Assembly (NCBI GenBank): GCA_030295235.1
Contig: AP026138.1
Span: 1-64,000, forward strand
Reading direction: 5' to 3'
DNA from: Fistulifera solaris
Lineage: Eukaryota
DNA: 64,000 bases
Below, in pieces: positions 36,542-48,319 of the stretch (position 1 is its first letter; every line of letters starts with the position of its first letter). Below the pieces are notes generated by a model, which worked only from the letters and a program-made list of their open reading frames with translations, was not told where the DNA came from and ran no database searches. The position numbers were made by a program, and so were the translations under genes.

Positions 36542-37431
36542 TCATTCATGAAAACTCCACTGACAAATGCCGCAGTTCGAAACTTCATTTCGTGTGAAAT
36601 GATGTAGAACACCCCAGTGAGTCACGAGCACTACCGTCTTCCCGACAAATTCGCGCCGCAACCATTCCTCTAATACTTGCAATCGTTCTCGAAACACTTC
36701 CTCAGGTTCACCCGGAACAGCATAGTATTGTTGTTCGCCACAAGGACGCCATTCTTCCGGCGGCGTTTGCCCGTCGGATACTGTATACCACCACGATTCA
36801 TTTGCCGCGTGCGAGTCTTGCAATAGACTCCAGTCTAATCTTGCCGCAGCCTCATCTGTAAAAAGTTCACGACATTTGTTTTGTAAAATCCCCCAAGGCT
36901 GTCCCGTATCGCTCGCAGAATAGATTCGTTCTCGCAACAAGGGCACAATCATCGTAGGCACTGAAGGAAGCAACGGCTGCACACCGTAATACCAAGTTTG
37001 CAAGCACCTGGTTAACGGTGACACCAAAACAACTACATCATCCAGGTTCGTAGTATCGAGAATGCATTGCAACTGCTTCGGTAATTCATGTTGCGCTTGT
37101 GCGACTCCTTTTTCCGAGAGAGGCGAATCGACCAACTGAATATCATCGCAAAGGTGGGAGAAAACCAAGCATTCGATCCGGTCATCCATTCATTGGATAT
37201 ACTGCTGCCATGGCGAATAGCAATGATGTTGATTGTTGTTGTAGTAGATGATTCGCAGGTTAAATCGGATTGCGGCGGCATGTTTGCGTTTCGAATCGAA
37301 AAAGCGTGTCGACGCCGTAAAAGAGACGTCAACGGGCTTACAAAGGCGACGCAAAGGCTGCCCTTCCACCAAAGAAAACAAAAGATTTGATAGAAAGAGA
37401 AATAATAGAGATAATAAGATGTTGCGTCCAT
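36542..37431 (-). CDS. Histidine phosphatase / phosphoglycerate-mutase-like protein
   Basis: IAIRHG, DSPLSEKGVAQA, VSPLTRCLQT and LVTHWG motifs; frameshift at ~37150-37165; targeting-like N-terminus. Confidence 0.85.
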
Positions 37432-38388
37432 GAATCAGCGGCTCTTTTTGTGTGTTGTCATTATTTTTGTCGTCATCCCCGCCCGTCAGCCGCGTGTTTG
37501 TTGCATTGTCACCATTCATGACTGAATTACGGTCGTGAGAGAAAAGGTACTATACACTCTGTCCCACACTGGGTGGCACCTTTATCTATTCAAACAAATG
37601 AAAAGATGTTAGCGCCAATGGTCGAAAAACAGAATTATCAATGTAGTTCAGAATAATAGGAAAGACTAAGCAATTGATTTGACCACCGACTTGCAAGCGA
37701 GAAAACGTCTATACAGTAAAATGCAACTTACAACACGGGACTGAAGTCCAGTCACGACAACTGGTCATTCACGATTCACGAGAGTATGCGGAGTGTTTTG
37801 CGTTTTGCGTCGTGGGTCGTGGCAACAAGTCGTTTATGAAGAACGATGATGACGAAACACGCTTTGAACGAAGCTTTGGGAACCTTCTTCCTCAAAGATT
37901 CGAGATCATTGATCAAGCAAAATGCAACTGAGTGTTAAATGTGACGATCTTCAGTTTCCAGTAACTAGCACATATCTGAAAAATAATTATCGAACACCAC
38001 TACTTCATTCATCATTCTCTTCACCAACCTATTTGCCATTTAGCGTTTTTTTCATCTCTTTTCTTTCTTGTTTATACAATTGAAAATCCAGTGGCCCTGC
38101 CGTTTCGGAATGATGAAGCAGGTTTTCTGATCTATTCCTTAATTCTTAAGTCTCAAACGTGGGTGGCAAGTGGTTTACAGTTGAAGGCTGCATACGTTCC
38201 AAACTTATTCTATGAAGGAACGAACAGCTTGTTGGAAACTTTTCAATTGACGGTGTTCTCACTTGCTTTTTTTTGGGTTGTTCGTGCCTTTTGTTGCAAT
38301 TGATCTTGCGAAAATATGCATGCGCGACAAAAACCAAAGTAGATTATAATTTTTCTTGAGCCATCATAGCCCTTTAAGAGCCATAAAA

Positions 38389-38616
38389 ATGATATCCTCT
38401 CGTGAAGCCCCAAGTGCGTCGCTTAGTACATTGATTATTGGATCTCATCGGTCGCCTCCATCGATTGCGTCGCCGCCGAATGCAACTCGTAGGACGGATA
38501 AGACGAATGCGGCGAGAGAAAGGGAAACAAGATACCTTCTCGCAGAGATTCTTCGACAAGCGCTTGATCTACTGGACGACAATTCAGACCAAGATTCTCC
38601 AACTGCTGATTCATAA
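38389..38616 (+). CDS. Small protein with C-terminal LxxILxxALxLxDD helix (copy 1)
   Basis: ..RYLLAEILRQALDLLDD; motif shared with two downstream ORFs. Confidence 0.6.
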   Translation: MISSREAPSASLSTLIIGSHRSPPSIASPPNATRRTDKTNAARERETRYLLAEILRQALDLLDDNSDQDSPTADS

Positions 38617-39812
38617 GATGCTGTCTCGAGGAATAGGAGCGCGTCAACCAAGTTTTGTCATTCCCATTGCATGAAGTAAATAGAATTTGATTGTGAAAAA
38701 ACGTCTGTTGACTTAACCCAAATATCTTGTCTTTTCTGAGTACATGCAGAGTCGTGCAAAGATCATGACTGTTATAACATCCAGCTTTTAATACCGATGC
38801 GGTTAAATTCTATCGAATGAATGTGAGTTTCAAAGAGAATTTTTTAGGCGAACGGCGTGAGCCGTAAAGCAGTCCTCGAGCGGAAAGCTACTCTTTGAAT
38901 GAGACGCACTTGATTTCAGATCAAAAGCATCCATTTCGCGCTTGAAGTGGCTATCGGCACTATTTTGTCGGGCTTCTCGTCATGCTCCATGCGAGAAAAA
39001 CAGAAAGCCGAAACCCATTTGTTATTGCCTCTGAAATGCATTTGATCCATGCGAGTGGCAGAAATCACGCATCTTGCTATCATTCAATGACTTCCAACTC
39101 ACAAAAGAAGCGAAACGGCTTATTGATTGGAAACCAGGGAGTCAATTATTTGAAAGGCAATCTGCGAAAAGAAGAATGAATAAAAAATCGACGGTCGACC
39201 GATGATGCCAGACGCCAGACGCCAGAAGAAATACAATTTCGGCCGGGCGGACAGACAGCACTGAGGTTTCGTGTTTCGTTCTTGTTTTTTTTTTATATAA
39301 AAAGTCCGCTAATTATCGATGTCGAGACAACTCATAAATCTTAAATCTTATAGTTGGTAGTTCAAAGCTTCAAGTTGGTATTGCCCCGAAGAACGCCGTC
39401 ATCATACAGTGTTGTATTGAGTTAAGTCATTGATTTCTGGGAAGAGGCGAAGAGGCCCAAGACCCACGACCCAAAGTGCCGAAAATTCTGAGAGATGTTT
39501 GCGGGATTTTGTCCTACACCGTGTATTTTCGTTGTCAGTTCTCAGTTCTGTCTGTAGCCCGTCAGCTACGTACGTATGACGTATGTACTTGTACCTGGTA
39601 CAATCTCCTTTGAAGTTTGAAGGTTCGCTTTTCGCTTTGGCTTGGCACTTTGCACCGATGTCGCAAAAAAGCCGTCACAAAGCACCAAGCACAAACAGCG
39701 GTAAACAATCAACCCTATCGGCCAAAACGCCAACAAGTAAATCATCATCTTAAAATCGGTCCGAAGAGCGATTTTCCGCTTCTTCGAAATAAAAGCTCTT
39801 ACAGAATCGAAG

Positions 39813-40052
39813 ATGGCGCCCAATGACCCAGAGAAGTACTCGCTTCCGGCTGTTTCACCAACACCATACGTTCTACAAATGGTTCCTCCGATGAATATGA
39901 CTTTTCTCTCGCTTCCCATCGCTAGAAGCCCCATTGAGCAACGACGGCGTTTACTAAATGTTCTACGTGAGGCCCTTGACCTCATCGATGATTGCCATGC
40001 AGACGATGACTCGCAGCAAAAGGAGAAGAAACTTGGCCGTTCAATTCAATGA
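39813..40052 (+). CDS. Small protein with C-terminal LxxVLxxALxLxDD helix (copy 2)
   Basis: ..RRLLNVLREALDLIDD. Confidence 0.65.
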   Translation: MAPNDPEKYSLPAVSPTPYVLQMVPPMNMTFLSLPIARSPIEQRRRLLNVLREALDLIDDCHADDDSQQKEKKLGRSIQ

Positions 40053-40990
40053 CAAGATTTTGAATGCTCTAGGTCCTCTTTGCTTTCACCCAGTAATAAT
40101 TTTGCCTCTACATTTGTCTGCTTTCCCAGTCTAGAACAAAATAGTTTCAATTCCTCTAACAAAGTGATCATTACTCCGTATTTCGTTAGTCGAAACACTA
40201 AGGCAGAAAACTTGCACGTCGTGCCTCTTGAAACTCGAAGAGTTGCTTTGGTTCCGCTTCTTTCATTTCAGTCTTCAGCCTTCAGGTAGTCTAATCATGC
40301 TTGATGTCTTGCATTTCGTCTTGTGTTCTTTTGCCTTTTGTGTCTCGTGTCCCGCTACCATTTGCAATGACTCCTCCAAAACCGACTGGTGTAATATGGA
40401 CATTTCCATGATGACTCAAAGGACCTTAAAGATTGAACTAAGAAATCGAAGAACAGTAGTTCATAAAGCGGACTCCGAACGTGACTTGAAAACAGAATTT
40501 TTCACTTGATAATTTTGAAACTAAAAAAAAATTAAAGCAAGCAAACTACAGTAGTCTAGGAAAGGAATCCTATGACTGTCTTCGTAAGTCCAATCTGTAG
40601 TGATTTTAGGCCTTTATTCACGGTGTGCGGACGAGTGCGGAGTTAAGAGCTGTTTCTAAGAATTCGCTTGAACGGGGGCTGTTGAAAAGTGCACAGCGCG
40701 TGCATTTCATAAGATCCCGACAGTTGAATCTGGAATTGAATACCTTCCTTTACACAAACACATTATACTCGATATTCGTTGGATTTGCTGATTAGTAACC
40801 TCAATAAAGACATTAGATAGCATGTTCGTGGAACTGTAACCGCCGAAACGCATTCGAAGTCTTCGCAACTATTTTCCCGCACAACAATCGTTTGACTACT
40901 TTTTGACCCAAGTCGAAAATCTATCTTTAGCAAAGAGACAACGCAAGTCCGTAAGGCATTGCGTACAAGGCAAAACGAAAGCAAAGAACC

Positions 40991-41293
40991 ATGAAGGCCT
41001 CCGACAAGTCGAATCCTCAATTACAAAGAGAAGAGCTGCGTCTGTCTACCTTGTCGTCACTGCCAGTCGTGCAGTCTGACCCAAATAACCTTTCCTTTCA
41101 ATTTGGTGAAGTGTCAGACAGCAAGCTTTCAAGTGAAAGGTTGAGAACGATCCTCAACCAGGCTCTCGCTCTGCTAGAGGACGACAGGAGAAGCGGCTTC
41201 AGTGACCGTTTTAAGACTTTCATCATAATCACCGAACCGAAGTCCCATGATTACGTCCGCGGGTCATTGTTCCAGTTAGCAGGTGTTTCATAG
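40991..41293 (+). CDS. Small protein with LxxILxxALxLxED helix (copy 3)
   Basis: ..ERLRTILNQALALLEDD; 3' end uncertain. Confidence 0.6.
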   Translation: MKASDKSNPQLQREELRLSTLSSLPVVQSDPNNLSFQFGEVSDSKLSSERLRTILNQALALLEDDRRSGFSDRFKTFIIITEPKSHDYVRGSLFQLAGVS

Positions 41294-41388
41294 CAAACAC
41301 CAATTGTAACGTATTAGAAACCTTTTTGAAATGGATGCTTTTCTCGGTATATCTCGTGCAGCTGTATGCGATCGGCTTCTTTCGTAGT

Positions 41389-43446
41389 CTACATCTTCAT
41401 TTGCGCCACTCCCACTGCCAATCGCGCTGTCTTGGTTTGCGGCGCCACGGCCACTGCGGATCGAATACGGTCCATGTCCAAGGGCCGTCCTGTCTGGGAA
41501 AGAGACGAAAGAGAAGGCTGCAAGTCCACATCTGCCAAGACTTGTGTTCGTACCAACCATGATTCCATCCAGGGAGCATCTCCCATCGCCGCCAACAAGG
41601 GTGCGAACAACGAAGAAAAAACCAGCGGCGGTAAATCAAACAAGGCTTCCGCACCCCTGGTCACGAGACCAAATTCGCCGACAAAGAAGAGCACTTCGAA
41701 AGCAACTGCTCGAAACGCTTTGCGGGCTCGTTTGGGTACCTTCCAACGATCCGCAGTTTGTTTCAGCGACTGAATCGACATGGATAAAGTTCTATCCTGA
41801 ATTTCAATCGAGTCTTGATACCCCGCCACGTCGATTGCAATGATAGCTGCCAATCGCTCTTGCACTAGCGCCCGGAGAGCAAACGACGGTTTTTGAATCA
41901 CCATGAGAGTATCAGCCCCCGAAGGATCCGATGCATTCGCTTTGACAAACTCAGAGGTAGCCAGAGTAACGTTACCAGCACCATCATCCGATTGAGCCAA
42001 GTCCGCATGGACTGCTTGCAATACCTGTCGCATGGTGGTCATGGACGAAGTAGCCTCCTGTGTGGTTGTACTACTGGCCGTCGAGGCGATAGAAGCATCG
42101 TCAGAAGGCGTTGTTGTTTCGACGGAAAACGACGACAGCGGTTGCTGTTCAACGGTTTGCAAAATCCGTTCGCGACGATGTTTGGCCGAACCTAACGTCC
42201 CAAACAGTCGTCGCACTGCATGTCGCCGCTTCCTGCGTTGTTGTTGTCGTGATTTCTCGTGACGAGGAATATTTTCAAAGCCATCGCCATCCTGACTTCG
42301 AGTGCTCTTTCTACTGACTCCCTCCATTTCACCACCTGACGACTCGGGGTCCGTTTCGTCATCATCGTCGTCGTCGTTCAACTCGCTGCCGTTTGTATCA
42401 TTCGGATCAGCACTATCATGATGACGGGATTCTACTCCACTTTCGTCCCACTGCCGTTTCCGTTGCAATATTTGTGCTTTGCGCAATTGCTGTTCAATGC
42501 GCAAAATATTCGCATCCGACAATCGAATATAAAAGGCTGCCACATTCGTCAAATACAGCGACATGAATCCGACACTGAAGGGCAACCAAATGACACAGAA
42601 CCAAATACTCGCAGATTGTGTCGGATAATAATCCCCAAATCCGACGGTCGTTAATGAAACAACACTGAAATACAAGGCCTCCACAATCGTCCATCCTTCC
42701 AAAAACCCTACGACCAATGCACCACAACCAATCAAACCAACAAACGGAAACAATACCGACAATCCTCGTCCTACTTCATCTTCTTTAAAGAAGGTTTGCA
42801 ATTGATCCATGATTTGAAAGAATCGATCCATCGTATGCGTCGGAACATGCAAGAAATCTCCCAATTGCGTAACCGATTGTCGTGTCATGGTCGTCCGACG
42901 ATGATGTTGCGCCAGGGGCGACGTGAAAGGTTGTTCGCGTTCCGATTGCGCCCGACTCGCTTCGAGTGCGATGCATTGATAGACTTGTGCGACAAGAATG
43001 GTCAATGTCGCAATCCCCATGAGAATAAAGAATATCGTGTACAATTGAAAGGCTGGTGTATCCGGACTGTGCAAATGTCCGTATCCGACGGTTGTCATCG
43101 CGTAGACACTAAACAGCAAGGCATCCTTCGTATCCCAGTCTTCGGTTTGTTGCACAAAAAAGATAACACTGATGGTCATGAAAACGGTCATGAACGTAAC
43201 GGCACAACAAGCGGATTGTCGAACGGATTGATAACGAGCGTGATAGGCGACGTCTCGTTCTTCCAATGCCCATTCGTACTCTTGATCTAGTTGTTGTGTT
43301 AATTGTGTATCGACAATACGTCGTGTAGGTAGAGGAGAAGAGATGATCGAAGGACTTTCTGCATGAGGAGGATCCTTCGGAGACGATTGAGGAGAATCCC
43401 TGGAGGATTTCTCTGTGCGCGACAATTCGACAATCCCGCTTGTCAT
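41389..43446 (-). CDS. Two-pore-domain potassium channel (K2P/TPK-like)
   Basis: Two pore loops, TTVGYG and TTVGFGD, each flanked by TM helices; 685 aa ORF. Confidence 0.92.
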   Translation of the reverse strand: MTSGIVELSRTEKSSRDSPQSSPKDPPHAESPSIISSPLPTRRIVDTQLTQQLDQEYEWALEERDVAYHARYQSVRQSACCAVTFMTVFMTISVIFFVQQTEDWDTKDALLFSVYAMTTVGYGHLHSPDTPAFQLYTIFFILMGIATLTILVAQVYQCIALEASRAQSEREQPFTSPLAQHHRRTTMTRQSVTQLGDFLHVPTHTMDRFFQIMDQLQTFFKEDEVGRGLSVLFPFVGLIGCGALVVGFLEGWTIVEALYFSVVSLTTVGFGDYYPTQSASIWFCVIWLPFSVGFMSLYLTNVAAFYIRLSDANILRIEQQLRKAQILQRKRQWDESGVESRHHDSADPNDTNGSELNDDDDDDETDPESSGGEMEGVSRKSTRSQDGDGFENIPRHEKSRQQQRRKRRHAVRRLFGTLGSAKHRRERILQTVEQQPLSSFSVETTTPSDDASIASTASSTTTQEATSSMTTMRQVLQAVHADLAQSDDGAGNVTLATSEFVKANASDPSGADTLMVIQKPSFALRALVQERLAAIIAIDVAGYQDSIEIQDRTLSMSIQSLKQTADRWKVPKRARKAFRAVAFEVLFFVGEFGLVTRGAEALFDLPPLVFSSLFAPLLAAMGDAPWMESWLVRTQVLADVDLQPSLSSLSQTGRPLDMDRIRSAVAVAPQTKTARLAVGVAQMKM

Positions 43447-43660
43447 TCTTCTTCTCTTACAAGAAATAACAAGAGGTTGTTTTTAACAAAGAGAAGAGAC
43501 GAGATGTATCACTAAAGTGGAACTAAAAAAGGGGGGCAACAATGATCTATTTTTTCGCTCGTTGCGTCGCGTTGGTAAATTTGTGTTTACAAGCACGACA
43601 CGATCGCGAGAGACGTTGGGGATTGCGTGCGGTGAGAGAAACAAAACCCCTCGGTATGAG

Positions 43661-44210
43661 AAATCACACAGAATTTCCGTGTGACTGACTCAAAATTATT
43701 TGGTCCAGATTTTCTGGACCCAACAACAAAATCACTCAGAATTTCTGAGTGATTCAGAAGTTTTCGGTCCAGATTTTCAGGACCAAAGAACAACAATATC
43801 ATACAGAATTTCCGTAGGACTCAAAAATTCATCGCCCAGATTTTCTGGACCAAACAAGAACAACATCTCATAGCATTTCCATGCATCTCAAAATTATTTG
43901 GTCCAGATTTTCTAAAAACAAAAAAAATAACAACATCACACAGAATTTCCATGTATCTCGAAATTATTTGGTCCAGATTTTCTGAAACAAATAATTACAA
44001 CATCACACAGAATTTCCGTGTATCTCGAAATTGTTTGGTCCAGATTTTCTGGACCAAACAATAACAGCTATACTCAGAATATCCGTGTGTTTCAAAATTC
44101 ATGGTCCAGATTTTCTGGACCAAACAATAAAACCTCATACAGAATTTCGTGTATTTGGTCCAGATTTTCTGGACCAAATAATAACAACATCACACAGAAT
44201 TTCCGTTATG
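43661..44210. repeat. Tandem array (~50-70 bp units) of GGTCCAGATTTTCTGGACC alternating with CACAGAATTTCCGTG (array 2)
   Basis: Eight (G)GTCCAGATTTTC-type cores alternating with about nine CAGAATTTCC-type cores, linked by A/C-rich linkers. Confidence 0.93.
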
Positions 44211-44415
44211 AACTTCGGGACATACAATACCAACGCTAAACTGTCGGTCGGTCAGACCACCACCATCACCACGAAAAGATGAAAGCAAACACTCTTTCAC
44301 ATTCTTTTGTTCCAAGGATCCTCTCTTTGTTATCGTTCCTTTCCTTCGAAACCATCCTAATTATTATTACCTCTTCCAGTCTCTCTCTTCAATAGAATAT
44401 CGACTTGAAGGCATC

Positions 44416-46236
44416 ATGACGACTACGGCTACTTTAACGACAACGACAACCAATACCAGTTCTACGACAACACCCTTTCAATCCTCCCAGGATTTGCGGA
44501 CACTCATCACCAGCAAGCGATCGCTGTTACCGCCCTCCGAAGACTATCATCCTCGGGAAGAACGCTACTGGAACAACAGTCAAACGCATTATCAGCCATT
44601 GCAACACACGGTAACACTCGGAATTCAACAATTGGCCTTGTCGCCGCATCGCACTCTGGCGGCCACGGGAGGACCCCGGATTTCCTTTTGGACGTCGCCC
44701 CTCGACAAGTCGTTGCATCACACGCAACAGCGTTATACTTCAGCACAAATCAAAGCGAAACAGATTTCGACATCGGGTCAAGTGACCACAGCCGTCGCGT
44801 TTCGTCACGATGGGCAATTAATGGCAGTTGGGAACCTCCAAGGACAAGTGCAAATCATTCAATGTGCAACACGGGCAGTCTTGACGACGTGGTCGTGTTC
44901 GACTTTGCCGATTCGGGCGGTCGTTTGGCAAGACGATCAAACGGTGTGGGTCGGTGGAGATGATGCGCGTTTGTCGAAATGGTCTTTGCAATCGACGAAA
45001 CAGACACCGATCACCTTTTCGGGACACGGCGATGGTATCAACTGCATTCGGTTGCAAGACGAATATGTTGTCACGGCGAGTGCGGATCATACTGTTCGTT
45101 TGTGGATGAAATCACCAGAGGCGAATGATGAGGTACAAAGTAATGATGTTGATAACAAAGAAGCCGTCGCGGTGTGGAGACACGCCGGACCGGTGCAAGA
45201 TATGGTGTGGGTACCCGGTTCCGTCCAAGACACGAATGCGAAAAGTAGTGCGTGCTGCATTACTGCCTCGGGTACCGAATTGACGGTATGGAGTCCCAAT
45301 CACGTCCAAGCGTTGCAACAAGTGCCGACACGACATGTCAAGACCATTACTTCATTGTGTTACATACTCCGACGTCGTCGCAAGACGAATGCGAGTAGCG
45401 GTAACAAAAAGGATGATGAAGAAGACGACTTACAGCACTGTGTGTTTACCGCATCCTTGGACGGCGCATTGCGATTGCATGAATGGAATCCGCAGACCCG
45501 ACAGCTCGTTTCATTAATTCGATTGTCACTTCCTTCGCAGCAGCCCGAAACAAGTACGCCTAGTAACATGCAACACGCAATTACCGCGTTGACGGTGTTC
45601 TCGCATCGTGGATGTATTGTCTTGGCGTGTGGTTTCAGTCACGGCCAAGTGCTGTTGCGAACGACGGCTCCACCACCGACGATCATGAAACGACGTGTTC
45701 AGGAACCACCCGCGGGGACCTATGCGTACTTTATGCGAGGCCCACGTGTGCCGTTGACAACGACGACCGAAGACCTCGATACCACTGTGGTGGCTGCCAC
45801 CGGGAATAAAAAACGAAAGTACAAGTCGTACGATTTGTGTTTGAAACAATTTAGGTATGCGGACGCCTTGGACGAGGCCTTGGCGACCCGTAATGCACAA
45901 ACTGTATTGAATGTACTGGAGGCGTTGGGGCAGCGCCCGAATGGATTGGATACGGCCTTATCAAATGCATCGACGCTGGAGCCTCTACTGAGTTTCTGTT
46001 TGTCGTTTCTCCGCAAGCAGCATACCCAGCATCAACATGCGACAACCTGTGTGCTGGGTGTCTTGAACGAATGCTGGCGTCGACGAGCAAATAACGAAGG
46101 AGATGAGTTGTGGTGGAAGATTCGGCAAGCTGTGCAACAGGAAGTGCAAACGCAAACATGTTTGTTGCGGACGTTGGGACAAATTGATGGATTGCTGGGG
46201 GCTCGTTCTTTGGAAGGCAATCAAACTGATGATTAG
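44416..46236 (+). CDS. UTP15: U3 snoRNP-associated WD40 protein, UTP15-like
   Basis: WD40 repeats (FRHDGQLMAVG, GHGDGINC..TASADHTVRLW) and C-terminal KYKSYDLCLKQFRYADALDEAL..VLEAL..ALS block typical of the UTP15 C-domain. Confidence 0.8.
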   Translation: MTTTATLTTTTTNTSSTTTPFQSSQDLRTLITSKRSLLPPSEDYHPREERYWNNSQTHYQPLQHTVTLGIQQLALSPHRTLAATGGPRISFWTSPLDKSLHHTQQRYTSAQIKAKQISTSGQVTTAVAFRHDGQLMAVGNLQGQVQIIQCATRAVLTTWSCSTLPIRAVVWQDDQTVWVGGDDARLSKWSLQSTKQTPITFSGHGDGINCIRLQDEYVVTASADHTVRLWMKSPEANDEVQSNDVDNKEAVAVWRHAGPVQDMVWVPGSVQDTNAKSSACCITASGTELTVWSPNHVQALQQVPTRHVKTITSLCYILRRRRKTNASSGNKKDDEEDDLQHCVFTASLDGALRLHEWNPQTRQLVSLIRLSLPSQQPETSTPSNMQHAITALTVFSHRGCIVLACGFSHGQVLLRTTAPPPTIMKRRVQEPPAGTYAYFMRGPRVPLTTTTEDLDTTVVAATGNKKRKYKSYDLCLKQFRYADALDEALATRNAQTVLNVLEALGQRPNGLDTALSNASTLEPLLSFCLSFLRKQHTQHQHATTCVLGVLNECWRRRANNEGDELWWKIRQAVQQEVQTQTCLLRTLGQIDGLLGARSLEGNQTDD

Positions 46237-46363
46237 TTGAAATATGTCGTGGCATAGAAAGTTAACTTATACTCCATTACAAGGTACAATTTTGTTAACG
46301 GTAGCATTTCGTGCAAAAGTTATGAACATTATGATAAATTGTTTGTTTGTGCTCGCGGCATAG

Positions 46364-48319
46364 TTACAACTGTGAATCAATAGACTTTTCACGTGTTGTA
46401 GACAAACTCAAACGTCGAGTCGTTGGTTTCCACCATCGATTCTTGGAAGATTGTGTTGTCGTACCAGACGGCGAAGGGCCCATAGTGACAACTTCTCGTT
46501 CAGATAAATCGCGACCCAAAGGAGCCACGAGGGACGAGGCAGCGGACAAGGAAGAAACAGTAGAACCAGCCGTTGAAACCGTTCGCAAAGTAGATGCAGT
46601 GCTCGTCATCGACCATCGTCTGGAACGATGCAGCGATGCCTTGCGTTGCAACGGCGAAGTCTGATTAGAGTCTGCGTGCGATGATTTCCAATGAGTGTAC
46701 AACATGTGATTCAATGAACCACGTCGGGGCAACTTCGAATCACTCCTTGTTTTGGACCAAATGTCTTTCACATCATCATCGATCGACGGCTGAGAGTGGT
46801 TACTTAACGACAATCGTTTCCAAGCGCGTCGGAGTACGTTCGGTTTCGTTGTAGAAGAATCTGGTACTTCACAGCAACTCTCATTCTCGAATGTACTCGA
46901 CGTGACATCTCGCTTTTCGACTTCGTCTTGATAGTACTTCTTGTATTCTTCTTCGTCGTTATGGCTTTCGTCCACGTCGATGCTAAAGTCCTCTTCGTGT
47001 TTCTCAGAATCTAACGGTTCCTCTTTGATGATGTCTACCTCCGAGCTTGAGTCCGACGATTCATTCAACATTTCTTCAGTAGACTCGTCTTCAATTTCTT
47101 CGAAATCAGAGTCGGACGACGCGAACGATTCATTTCTCAGCATCCTTTCTACGCTCGACTCGGATGACGATGCAAAAGATGCGTTGGTTGTAATCTCTCC
47201 GTCCAAACTACTCGAATTGGACGACGCGAAAGAATTTTTTCGCTGAAAAATGTCTTCTTCTCTTTCTCCCAAACCAAAATCAAATGCCGCAGCTCGTATT
47301 CTAGCTTGTTCTTCCGCATACGATTCATAACTACTCGTGCGGTGTGTTCGTTTTTGCTGTTGTTGTTGTTGTTGTGACAATGAGTTCTTCGCAGTATTCT
47401 TAGGGCTGCTGGAATCTCCGTGCAAACTAGACCGCCGAACTGGCATGGTAAGAACCTGCCGAAAAGCTTCAAAGCCACTTCGACGCTTGAATGAACTAGC
47501 TTCCGAAGGAGGAGAAGAGGATAACGTAGAATGTAGCTCACTCTTTTCTAGTTGTTGTTCATCTTCTTGTTCAAAACTGGAGTTTCGCTCCGGTTTCGAA
47601 ATGGATTTCGCGGAACGGATCGAGGTTTCATCTTCAAAATAAGACTGACAGCTGCTATTGCGTTGAAAGGAAGATTTCAGAGAAGATCTTCGAACGGGCA
47701 TGCGTAGTGCAGTGCTCACTGAGTGAGAAGGAAAGGAGGATGTGTGACTCTGAATTTTACCCGTCGCGGAAGTGCTTCTCTTTCTCTGTGCGGGTTGAAG
47801 CATACCCGTTGAAAATGTACAGGGAGCAACAAAGGGGCGGCGCAAGGGCATTTTCAATTCACTTTGCGGAGTTGATTGATTTGTTTCAAGAATATCTATC
47901 GGTGCTATGTAATCTTTGATCGATTCAGCTTTAACGGAAGACCGCCGTATCGGCTTATTCGGAGAAGAAGATTGTTCGGATCCTAAAGATCCTAAAGGAG
48001 ATAAAGGTGACGGGGAAGGTGCTGCGGATAAGGATGCTAATGATGATTGTTGCATAGGATGCACAATTCGTTGTTTGGGGATTGCAGGTATAGGAGAATC
48101 TCTCGATATCACAGGAGGCGTAGCTGTCGACCAGCGGTTCGGCAAAGTTATCCCGCGACGTTGCGAACTCCTTTTCCTTCTTAATTTACTTATTCGCTGC
48201 AACGGCACCATTTGTTGCCGCTCAGAAACAGAAAAAGGTGGCGTTTTCGCGTTGTCGACATGAATGACAACGTCTCCCTCATACCGTGCTATTAACGAAT
48301 GCACGACTGCGGGAAGCAT
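46364..48319 (-). CDS. Hypothetical Ser/Arg-rich, probably disordered protein
   Basis: Long open frame (>650 aa); repeated MP(V/L)RR(SS) and (R/N)xSFASS motifs; acidic tract; start uncertain. Confidence 0.7.
   Translation of the reverse strand: MLPAVVHSLIARYEGDVVIHVDNAKTPPFSVSERQQMVPLQRISKLRRKRSSQRRGITLPNRWSTATPPVISRDSPIPAIPKQRIVHPMQQSSLASLSAAPSPSPLSPLGSLGSEQSSSPNKPIRRSSVKAESIKDYIAPIDILETNQSTPQSELKMPLRRPFVAPCTFSTGMLQPAQRKRSTSATGKIQSHTSSFPSHSVSTALRMPVRRSSLKSSFQRNSSCQSYFEDETSIRSAKSISKPERNSSFEQEDEQQLEKSELHSTLSSSPPSEASSFKRRSGFEAFRQVLTMPVRRSSLHGDSSSPKNTAKNSLSQQQQQQQKRTHRTSSYESYAEEQARIRAAAFDFGLGEREEDIFQRKNSFASSNSSSLDGEITTNASFASSSESSVERMLRNESFASSDSDFEEIEDESTEEMLNESSDSSSEVDIIKEEPLDSEKHEEDFSIDVDESHNDEEEYKKYYQDEVEKRDVTSSTFENESCCEVPDSSTTKPNVLRRAWKRLSLSNHSQPSIDDDVKDIWSKTRSDSKLPRRGSLNHMLYTHWKSSHADSNQTSPLQRKASLHRSRRWSMTSTASTLRTVSTAGSTVSSLSAASSLVAPLGRDLSEREVVTMGPSPSGTTTQSSKNRWWKPTTRRLSLSTTREKSIDSQL

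Noticed and set aside
43661..44210. CRISPR array (palindromic repeats with spacers)
   Set aside because: Linkers are homologous to each other, repeats are degenerate, no cas genes, eukaryotic context
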